Source of the DNA: Camelus dromedarius
Lineage: Eukaryota
DNA length: 64,000 nucleotides
Assembly (NCBI RefSeq): GCF_036321535.1
Contig: NC_087437.1
Span: forward strand, 107,696,001-107,760,000
Direction: 5' to 3'
Position 1 is the stretch's first letter. Each line of letters begins with the position of its first letter. Position numbers and translations under genes: made by a program. Shown piece after piece: positions 54,245-64,000 of this stretch. A model generated the notes under the pieces. The model made no database searches. It worked only from the letters and a program-made list of their open reading frames with translations, and was not told where the DNA came from.

Positions 54245-54717
54245 TGGTAAAACAAAAATGTATGTGTTGATGATTCTATAAGTCTGTAATTAGGGCAAGG
54301 CTCAGCTGAGACATCGCATGTCTGCTTTGTGTGGTGTCAACGGGGATCACTCATGCACTTGTGGTTACGGGTCAGCCCAGTTGGGTGCTGGTTGGTCCAG
54401 AATGGCCTCACTCACACGTCTAGAAGTTGCCTCAGGCTGTCAGCAGGGCCACTACCAGTTCTCTTTCTAGGCTAGCTTGGACTGGTGACTAGTTTTTAAC
54501 AGTGTGAGAATGCTAATTGCAAAGTTTCTTGAAGCTTGTCATTGAAATCCTACAACAGCGCTTCTACCATGTACTATTAGTCGAAAGGTCTAACCAAATT
54601 TGAGAGTGAAGAAACAGACCTTTTGATGGAAGGATCAGCAAAGTCATATTATAAAGGAGCCTGCATACAGAGATTAAAAAAAAAAATTACTGTGGCCACC
54701 TTTTGCAATCTACCATA
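54245..54717 (-). mobile_element. MaLR LTR (MLT1G/H-like)
   Basis: gggcaaggctcagctg, tccagaatggcctcactcacacgtct, gcaaagtcatatt, tggccaccttttgcaatctaccata. Confidence 0.7.
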
Positions 54718-54753
54718 AAATACTCATTGAAGACTAAAAGGATAAAAGAGACT

Positions 54754-54960
54754 AATATTTACTGAGTGGATGTGGATGCCATATTTCAGGTATTTTACAT
54801 GTCTTACTTCATTTATTAATCATCATGGAAACTCTATGTGGCATTAGTATGCCTACTTTATAGTTAAGAATACTGAAAAGGTAGAATCTTAATTAACACA
54901 TCCCAGTGTCCGTAGCTAATAACTTGCACAGCCAGCCTTCAGAAATTCAAATCTGCATTA
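54754..54960 (-). mobile_element. MIR SINE
   Basis: aatatttactgagtg...ttttacatgtcttacttcattta...actttatagttaagaatactga. Confidence 0.6.
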
Positions 54961-55269
54961 TTTCAGAGACTTCTGTCATGCCACAGGAAATAAAGTACAA
55001 GTAAAATTAATAAACAATGTAGTAGAGCTAAAAATATTAGGATGTGAATAGTTTACTTATAAAAATACTTTTACTAATTATCTATGTCACGAATCACCAC
55101 AAAACTTAATTCTAAAAAACTATTTATTTAGCTAACAACAAATTTGTGTATCTGCAGTTTGGGTTAGGCTTAGCTGGACTTAATCATATCTGCAGATAAC
55201 TGACATTAGCTAAGTAAGATTGTCTCTCGTGATTGGCTAGCTATTGGCTGAAGTCTGAAAAATGACAGA

Positions 55270-56196
55270 AAAAAAGAAATCCAAATAGCCAACAGGTACC
55301 TGAAAAGATGTACAACATTGCTAATCATCAGGAAAATTAAAATCAATGCAGTGAGATATCACCTCATACCTGTTAGAATAACCATCATCAGAAAGTGATA
55401 AATGTTGATGAGGATATGGGAAAAATGGAATCCTTTTGAAATGTTTGTGGGAATAACAATTAATACAGCCACTAAGGAAAAAAGTATAGAGGCTCCTCAA
55501 ACAATTAAAAATAGAACTACCATATGATCCAGCAGTCCCACATCTGGGTATGTATCCAAAGGAGATAAAAACAAGATCTCAGGGAGATACCTGTTCACTG
55601 CAGCATTATTTATGATAGTCAAGATATGGAAACAATCTAAATGTTCATCAACAGAAGAATCTATCTATCTATCTATCTATCTAAATATATATAGATATAA
55701 ACAAACACAATAGAATATTATTCAACCTTGAGAAAGAAGGAAATCCTGACATTTGTGACATGGATGGACCTCAAAGGCATTAGGCTAAGTGAAATAGATG
55801 AAGACAAATGCATGATATCAATTACATACAGAATCTAAAAAAGTCAAAGAGCAGCATGGTTACCAGGGCTGGGTGGAGGGGCAGTGAAATGGGGAGATGT
55901 TAGTTAAATGGTACGAACTTCCAGTTATAACACAAGTGAAGTCTAGAAATCTAATGTGTAGCATGGCACTTATAGTGAACAGTAGTGTGTTATATACTTG
56001 ATAGTTACTAAGATAGTAAATCTTGCATGTTCTCATCACAAAAATGAAATAGTAATTATGTGACCCAATAGAGGTACTGACTAAAGTTATAGTGGTAATT
56101 ATTTTGCAATATATAATTGTATCAAGTCAATAGGCTGTACACCATAAATGTATACAATGTTATATGTCAGTTAGATCCTAATTAAGCTGGGAAAAA
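55270..56196 (+). mobile_element. L1 (L1MA-like) ORF2 C-terminus and 3'UTR, with internal (ATCT)n
   Basis: gccaacaggtacctgaaaagatgtacaacattgctaatcatcagg, gaactaccatatgatccagca, 3' end tacaatgttatatgtcagttagatcctaattaagctgggaaaaa. Confidence 0.9.
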
Positions 56197-56245
56197 TATT
56201 TATTTCTCATAGAGAGGGGTGCCTATAATTAAAATACAGACACTT

Positions 56246-56512
56246 ATGATTACCAGAGGAAAAGGGGGTGGGAAGGGATAAATTTGGGAGTCTGAGATTT
56301 GCAAATGTTAATCACTATATATAAAAATAGATACAAAACAAATTTCTTCCTGTATAGCACAGGGAAGTATATTCAATATCTTGTAATAACCTTTAAAGTA
56401 AAAGAATATGAAAATGAATATATGTATATATATGCATGACTGGGACATTATGCTGTACACCAGAAATTAACACATTGTAACTGACTAGACTTCAATAATA
56501 ATTAAAAAAAAA
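56246..56512 (+). mobile_element. Younger L1 3' end with TSD
   Basis: A-tail at 56504-56513; TSD core agacactt at 56238-56245 and 56513-56520 (13/15 when extended into the A-run). Confidence 0.88.
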
Positions 56513-57729
56513 AGACACTTGGAAATGTGAAGAGACCAACTAGGATGCTTCAATAATCAACAGCCAAACTGGCAATTCTCTCTACAGATTTTAGTAACTT
56601 CAGCTGTTTTGAGGGTCAGCTATGAATCGGATGGAAGTCTAAAACTCTAATAACCAACTCCAACTTCTAACTCAAAGATCTCATGCCATTCTTACTTGCA
56701 TGCATGTGTTTTCTAGATGCAAATTTCTTGAATGGCTCATTTTCAGTGTACTAATGGGAGCAGAATGGCATTAGTTATTGACTTTGGTGAAATCTCAGGC
56801 ATTAGGAACTCTGGAGATGGGCCACTGCTCTCTTAAAACTCTTATTATATTCCTAATGCTCTTAACCAAACAGCCAATAGTATCTGAGCTGAAGCTCTTC
56901 CAGATCCTCTGTTGGCTATTTCCACTGGAGATCATGCCATCCTAGAGATATCTGGGTACAGTGGTACCTAGTATCTGTCAAGTCACAAGATGAGCAGCAA
57001 TTATTCAGTATTAGTAACTGGGCTTCTGAGGACCAGAGTGAGGCCACGCCCATAAAGCAGGTCATAAAGCAGGGCCATAAAGTTAAAGAACATGGCAGGG
57101 GTTGGGTCTCTCCAGTCTCAGATGCAAACAATCACTTTTGAGTCTGAGAGAAGAGGAGACACAAAGAGAAGTGAAACTCTGGCTATGACAGCAAAGCTGA
57201 TTCCAAAAATCAGAGGGTGGTGGCTGAATCCTGCTGAGGCGGCTTCCATTAAAGCTAAGACAGTCTCTTCAGTAGAACTATTTTAAGTAATGAGTTGTAT
57301 TTAAATACACTCATGAGAATTAAACCTCTAGGAGTTACTAATGCTTAACATTTTTTCCCCAAGTTTAAGAAGAGGCTGATGAAGCATGATTCCAACACTA
57401 AAGGAGAATAATCCCAATTCATAACAGCATGATTCAGCTGAAAACTGGTCATGGCGCATGGACACAGCTCGTCCTCCACCTCACGCAAAAAACTCTCAAA
57501 TGTCATGACCCCTCTAAAATACAGTGTTTTTACATATTTGAAAGAATGACTTGTATGTCTTTAAAAGCAATGCTTCTCAGTGTGTCTACTTTTAGAAAAT
57601 CTGAAATCACCCTTCAAGTATCAACAAGATTAGGATTTAGAAGTGAGATGAAAGAATTAGCCTTAGCTAGGATAGTCTGCAATTCTTAATATGGCTAAAA
57701 AGAAAACTTGTCACAAGCAATACAAGATA

Positions 57730-58089
57730 TGATATCACTTAAATGTGGACTCTAAAAAAAAGACAAACGAACGTATTTGCAAAGCAGAAACAGACTCCCA
57801 GACATAGAGAACTAACTTGTGGTTACCAGGGGAAGAGCGGGGTGGGAGGGGATAAACTGGGAGTTAGAGATTTGCAGATACTGACTGATACATATAGAAT
57901 GGATAAACAACAAGTTCATGCTGTATAGCACAGGGAAGGATGTTCGCTATCTGGGTGTAACTTATGGTAAAAAAGGATATGAAAACGAATGTATGTATGT
58001 TCATGTATGACTGAAGCAGTGTGCTGCACACTAGAAACTGACACAGCATTGTAAACTGCCTATACTTCAATAAAAAAATACAAAAAAGA
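57730..58089 (+). mobile_element. Younger L1 3' end with TSD
   Basis: Homologous to 56246-56512, aataaa and A-tail, TSD aatacaagata (57719-57729) / aatacaaaata (58090-58100). Confidence 0.88.
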
Positions 58090-59499
58090 AATACAAAATA
58101 AATGTCTTCATATATATCTATATATCTTTAAAAGTACTCTAAACATTAGCAAGCAATCAAAGGGGAAAGCAATTTATGATAAAAAAATCATCAGATTACC
58201 AGAAAGTTTTACTTTACTTTAAAGTTTAAATAATTCATGACAGCATATTATCAAAATGTTCCTTTTATTAAGATCAAAACGTTGCTCAATATACTTTCAC
58301 TTGAACTTGGATAAATAGAAATGTAACTTCTAAATATGTTTCACGAGTAAATTAAAATGTCGTTTTCTGTTTTGGTACATGCATATATTTTTGCATTCAG
58401 ATTTACTGCAGGGAGACATATAAACCAGAGCATAAGTGATCCACAATAAATCACATGCAAAACATGCTATATTGAAGCTTCTATGAGTTCATTTGCTTTG
58501 AAGTTGGCTGTAGAACTTTGTGGTTTGGTTCCCATTCAGTAAATATTCCCAGTGTTTACAGAATGCCAAGCAAAATAAAATATGCTGTGGAAGTTTGCTA
58601 GAAGAATTGAAAATTTAGGTTAAATCCTTTAGTCTAAATGGAAAATTTTTTAAAAATTCTTGAAAAAAATTTTATGTTTAAGATATATGAAATATAAATA
58701 ATCAGATACACAAAAGAATCCAATAGAAAGCTTTTTTTTTTAAATGTAAGGGTATTTATAAAAATAAAAACTATTCAAAAAACATTTTTTTTTCATATCC
58801 AGAATAATGCTTAATTATCTGTGAAATTTGTAATTCACAAAAATGTATATGTTGCCTTTTATAATTGTAATTATAATGGATTCTACAATACATGCTATGT
58901 CACCACTGTTTTCTTCATGTTTACTTTTATTTTCTTTTGGAAAACACTTCACAATCATAATGGCTTTTTGGAATTTTCAGAGGAACTAACGTGTCTTCAG
59001 TATTCGGAAATTCTCAAAAATAAAAATACCAATATTAAGAAATCTTCGCTGACAAACGGTAGATTCCTGGATATGCAATGGTCCACAGAACGTGAAAGCC
59101 TGCCATCACGTTGCATGCCACATCCTGTCGGAGTGGAGCCACGTGAAGAATTAATTCAGAAGAGGTTGAAAAACTTCCCAGATGCCAGAACATTAACTCC
59201 TGAAATTTAAACCAAGTCCTAGGAGTTTCTGGACTGCTCTTTGGTCACCATTATACTGAAGCAACATCCAGTGTTTAGTGATGAAGACCACATTAATTTC
59301 CAGTAATCGACAAGGAGAAAGGAGTTTAGATGCAATGTTTAGTAAGAACTTCTTTTTTCAAAAATACATTTTCAAATTTTATAATTTCAAAAGAGCACTT
59401 TGTGAAAAGGTTTCCTCCTACCATGTCACAATTTCCTTTTTTAAGGGCAGTGTTTCTAACTTCTCATTTGCTCTTTCAGAGTAGATCTATGGATATATA

Positions 59500-60065
59500 A
59501 GTAAATTTAAATATACTATTAGTTTCTCCAGTTTTTTCACAAATTGCATTGCAACACATATAGTTTTTGGCACTTTTTTTAGTTCTATAATGAATATATC
59601 TTTGACAGAGAAAGATATTTTTGTTCCTTTTTTTAACCTATAAATAAATCTTATTTAATCTTGTTTAAAAGATCTTATTTAACTTTTTAAATAAATACAT
59701 ATATCATATTTATCTAGTCAGATAACATTCCATGTGTAAAATTCATTAATTTAAATAGTTTCTTTTGATAAATACTTACTGTCTAAATCTTTGCTATACT
59801 GAAAGAAAAAAGCCCTACAATGAATAACCACTATATTGCACATGCACGTGTATATGTTTGTAAGATAATTTCTAAAAATGGTTCTGCTCTTCCACAGGCC
59901 ATGTGCTTCTTCCCGTCCAGCTGTTATGACCAAATTGCTCTCTGCATAGGTTGTGCCAAAGGGCGCTACTGTCATCCCGTTATGTAAGTGCCTGTTTCCC
60001 AAACTCTCAGCACCTGAGTGTGTTATCAATCTTTTAGATCTTGGCCAAGCAACAAAGGGAAAACC
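59500..60065 (-). mobile_element. Ancient L1 (L1ME-like) fragment
   Basis: ctacaatgaataacc, gtaagataatttctaaaaatgg, ccaaattgctctc, gtgcctgtttccccaaactctc. Confidence 0.65.
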
Positions 60066-60154
60066 AGATAGTCTTGATTGTCTTAGCATCTATATACCTC
60101 AGTGTGGTTAATGCTACGCCTATTTAAAGTGACTTGGCACCTGAGATGAGCCTT

Positions 60155-60410
60155 GAGGAAGACAAAAGAAAAAAGAAGGAAGGAAGGAATTAAGGAAGAA
60201 AAGGAGAAACAAAGGAAAGGAAAGAGAAGGGATGGGAAGGGAAGGGAAAAGGGAAGGAAAAAGGTAAAGAAAAGGAGAGGAAAGAGAGAGGAGAGGAGGA
60301 AGAAGGAAAGGAAAGGAAAGGAAAGGATAAGAAGAAGGTAGACAGTGATGGAGAGAGAAAGAAATGAAAGAAGCAGAAAGAAGAGAGGGAGGCGGAGGGA
60401 GGGAGGAAAG
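60155..60410. repeat. Low-complexity polypurine (GA-rich) tract
   Basis: Read directly; includes (GGAAA)n. Confidence 0.92.
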
Positions 60411-60790
60411 CCCTGTAGTGGGTGCGAAAGAATGAGGAAGGTTTAGCTGAAGCTGTGATTACACAAGTGCAAGGGACAGTGAGTGTTTAGTGGATTGGTG
60501 ACTTACAGTAGACTTTAAATTGAAAGCATTAGATAATAGCCCTAGAATTTTTTCTCAGCAGAGACATTCCATGATAAGATTAGGATTTAAGAACAATTGG
60601 TTAGACAAAGTGAAAAAGGGAGTAAAATGGGCCAGAGAGAGGGGATCAGGCCCTAGCTGTAATCATTGAGTCTTAAGGTGATTACATGTGATGAGAGCCG
60701 AAAAAACAAACAGCAGATAAAGGAACTTGATGGTTGTATATAGATGAAGGAATGAGTGATGACTTCAAGATTTTTAGTCATATTATATTT

Positions 60791-60924
60791 TAAAAATTTT
60801 GTTTTGTTTTTTTGGGGGGTAATAAGGTTTATTCATTTATTTATTTAATGGAGCTACTGGGGATTGAACCCAGGACCTCATGCATATTAAGCACACACTC
60901 TACCACTGAGCTACACCCTCCACC
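60791..60924 (-). mobile_element. tRNA-derived SINE, camelid Vic-1-like
   Basis: Minus strand ggagggtgTAGCTCAGTGGtagagtgtgtgcttaatatgcatgaggtcctgGGTTCAATCCccagtagctcc with Pol III A box (60903-60913) and B box (60861-60870), A-rich tail, 15-bp TSD 13/15 (60776-60790 / 60927-60941). Confidence 0.88.
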
Positions 60925-61384
60925 AAAGTCATATCATTTTTACTCTGATAGAAAAGAGTGTTTCTGTTTTTTATGAAAGCAAGGGGAACACGTGATATAA
61001 TTAGCCAAAGGATAATTGACAGAAGAAACTCTTAAACATAATAATTTACCTAAAATATTAAATATACGCAGCCAAAGGACTGACTGGATATATCAGTGGT
61101 AAAGTCAGGGAGGCCCTTAGGGGTCTTTAGCCCACTTCGACCCTGATTATCTCCACCCATAACTTCCTCCCACAACTACTCAAACTAAACCTACATCCTA
61201 TGTGGAGCAGTGAAGTCACTATACACCTATAGCTTCAAGTTAACCAGCCTAACTCTTCCAGTAACCAAATCACTGACCTTGAGGCTCTGATACAGAAATT
61301 CTTGTGACATCATTGACCTGTCTCTCTTTGTAGGTAAGATTTGCCTCATCTTACCTAACCTTCATTTATAAAATGTACAATTTA

Positions 61385-61525
61385 TATATAAGGTCTATGA
61401 GAACAAGAGTGTTTTCTTCCTCTTTTTTGTATGGCATTTTTCTCAGAACCTAAAATAATGCTGAGCACATCAAAGATACACATTAAATCTAAATATTTAA
61501 ACATTTAAATATCGGTTAAATGAAT
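61385..61525 (+). mobile_element. L2 3' end fragment
   Basis: tataaggtctatgagaacaag...cagaacctaaaataatgctgagcacat...ttaaatgaa. Confidence 0.55.
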
Positions 61526-62499
61526 CTCTATATGTTGGACACCTAATGGAACACAGGATTGAGAGTAGGAGTCTGGTGCAGACTAAAGAACTCTATTTGT
61601 CATTGGAAAATAATTTTCACTCTATTTCTCTTAATGCTACTGAAGAAGCCAAGTAATCTCATCGGTGAACCTGTTGGCCCTGCAGATTGAGAGACTGAGT
61701 CCTCCGATGACTTTTGTCTTGTTTGTTTTGTGTTTTGTTTTGTTGTATGTGCGTTTTTTTGCAATGTAAGTTTTCAGTATCATTATTTTTGTGTGTTGAA
61801 TGCCAGCAATCCAGTGGGTTGAGTCAATTTTAAAGCATTTAACTTTGTTTTTCTCTCATGGCTTCTGAGCCCACCCAAGTACGCTGCAATCCAGCAAGGT
61901 AGGAAACCCTGCATTTTGTGTGCCAGAGTATTTGGAATTAGTTTAGGGGTACCTGAGTCCAAGTTGACCATTCTTTAAACTCCCAGGCTTAATTGTTTAA
62001 GTCTATTGCATACCAAACTCTTAGCTATAAAGATTCATAGCCTGTACACTGGCCTGGCTGTCATTTGAACTTGGAGTTAATACTTTTTCATTTGGGATTA
62101 ATGAGAAAGCAAAACTATTTGTCAGAAAACTGCCAAGCATGCTAAATTTAAATTTACAACTTCTACTGCAGAAAATGTTCATTTTCTCAGGGCTTTTGGA
62201 ACCCTGAATTTTCACCCATTCGTATTACACACATTTCCTCCGCAGTTATCCTTCTTGCCTTCCTTCTTTTGGCAAGACTCACCTTGTTGTGAATTTCCTC
62301 CACGTGGGCAGAAAGGTTAAAGCAATAAGAACCTGCGGTTGCTGACCTTCCTTGTAACCTGGTTTCTGAAGGCACTTACGTTGACGTGGCAGCCTGATTC
62401 TCTAGAGCTTACAGGAAAACTCCATGCTGCTCCGGAAGCGGCTGTGAGCCAGCGGCTGTGAACTTGTGGCCCAACCACAGGGAATCGGGAACTTCTGAG

Positions 62500-62612
62500 T
62501 TAGAGCCCAGACTCAGCTGAACCTCACGGAGTGATCTCAGGCAACTTACTTAAACATTTGCCTGTCTCTCATTTTCCAGCTGTAAAACAGGGAAAAGTAA
62601 TACTTCCTCATT
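62500..62612 (+). mobile_element. MIR fragment
   Basis: gtgatctcaggcaacttacttaa...ctcattttccagctgtaaaacaggga. Confidence 0.7.
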
Positions 62613-62849
62613 CAAGCTAGGCAGTTTGTAAGTTATTCCGGCTATACTTTGGGTTAGTGTTCATGTATTTTTGTTTGTTTGCTTTGTTTTTTAATAACAG
62701 CTTTAAGGGCAGAATGGGATTGAAATTTCATTTTTTAAAGATCGCCATATGAAAACTGCAGTACTTTGAAGCGAACTAAATTGTCATGTATATAGAAATT
62801 TGCATGAATAACCTTTTTTGAGTCATGCTGTTAACACTCATTAGGTATT

Positions 62850-62998
62850 TCCCTGACAATTAGAATGTGACTCCAATGAGGACAGGGTTTTTGGGTTATT
62901 TTTTATCCTTACTAGATCTCCACAATTTAGAAAAATGCCTACCATATAACAGATGCCCAATAAGTATTTGCTGAATAACTGAATGAACAAATGAAGAA
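62850..62998 (+). mobile_element. L2 3' terminus
   Basis: tagaatgtgactccaatgaggacaggg...ttagaaaaatgcctaccatataacagatgcccaataagtatttgctgaataactgaatgaa. Confidence 0.75.
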
Positions 62999-63020
62999 GT
63001 GAAAAATTAAAAAAAAGATT

Positions 63021-63055
63021 CAAGAATATTCTAGACAAGAATATTCTAGACAAGA
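63021..63055. repeat. 15-bp tandem duplication (CAAGAATATTCTAGA)x2.3
   Basis: Two perfect copies plus caaga, read directly. Confidence 0.9.
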
Positions 63056-64000
63056 GTTCTTGATTTTACTATATACAGGATTTTTCTTAATTAAGCAAGA
63101 ATTTTATTATATTACATTATAACCATATCAAAACATAACAATTAAATATAAAAATTGAAATTATAAATGTATGATACTATAGAATGTTTTACTCACTTTT
63201 TGGGTACATACAATCCTATCCTGTAATAATCTAAGGAACAGAATTTAATTTACGGAATTCCTGCTCTGTATACTTTCATATCTTAAAGATTCATAAAGCA
63301 TTTATTAATCCTTTTTTCATGACATGCATTGATTCAGAGATGTTATAACAGCAGAGAAAGTTACTTGACAAAAATGTATAAGGAAGTTATTTGATTGGAA
63401 GAGATATTTTTGGAATGTGAAAAGGATGAAAAAATTTATACAAAAGAAAGCTGTAAAATTAGGCATTGACAAAATGCCAGAATACACTTCTAAAATCATT
63501 TTATTTGATGGCAAAATCCATTTTTTTGTTATTTATAAGTGTTGTCTTAATATTTTAAAATAATTTTACATTTACCCAGTTGGCCCCTGGAATTTTCACT
63601 TTTTAATCAATTTCCGTAGTATTGTAAAGTTGATTAAAAAGTGAATCAGTTAGAGAAGGGTCTCAAGTTAGAAACCAACTAAGTAAGGAGAAAAAAGGAA
63701 GCTAAAGGGAAGAGGCCTACAAAATATATGAACAATTAGATACAGTTTTTAGCTTTTACTTTACCATAATCTTTCAGTGGTTCTAAAGGAAAAACATTAT
63801 AGTGGTGGAGATTAGATTGAAATAAGGAGAGAATTTCTTATCCTTTTACTTGAAAACAATGTGTTTGTCAGCCTGAGTACATATTCTTTTCCTGTGGGAA
63901 TTCAAGAATTGCATTGGTAATGACTCATTTACTGGGGGGTGGAGGGACTGACCCAAGTGAGGTGGGGGTTTAAGTTACATGAACTTGCCATAATTCTTAA

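Noticed and set aside
60850..60924. tRNA gene
   Set aside because: The A-rich tail and TSD indicate a retroposed SINE.
1..64000. CRISPR array, prokaryotic operon or a novel multi-gene system
   Set aside because: No repeat-spacer arrays and no long or dense ORFs. The sequence is explained by mammalian interspersed repeats and non-coding DNA.

Overview
AT-rich, CpG-depleted mammalian non-coding DNA (intergenic or deep intronic). A tRNA-derived SINE resembling the camelid Vic-1 type and artiodactyl-type L1 3' ends suggest a camelid (camel/alpaca/llama). No host protein-coding exon, RNA gene or CRISPR array could be supported. The listed ORFs are chance ORFs, microsatellite translations, or decayed L1 ORF2 and Tigger1 transposase pieces. 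Much of the window is a transposon fossil record: L1, L2 and MIR fragments, many MaLR/ERVL LTRs, five ERV1-type solo LTRs (three with perfect 4-bp TSDs, one nested), the 3' part of an ERV provirus, a full-length Tigger1 carrying a tiny L1 insertion, and hAT MITEs. The best non-repeat signals are a near-consensus CTCF site (36372-36389), several motif-dense candidate enhancers (about 52 kb, 59 kb, 62.3 kb), an unexplained 210-bp insert flanked by a 28-bp duplication (7.5 kb) and a recursive-splice-like AG|GTAAG site. I found no evidence for a new multi-gene biological system. Repeat subfamily names come from recalled consensus sequences, not from a search, and boundaries without TSDs are approximate.
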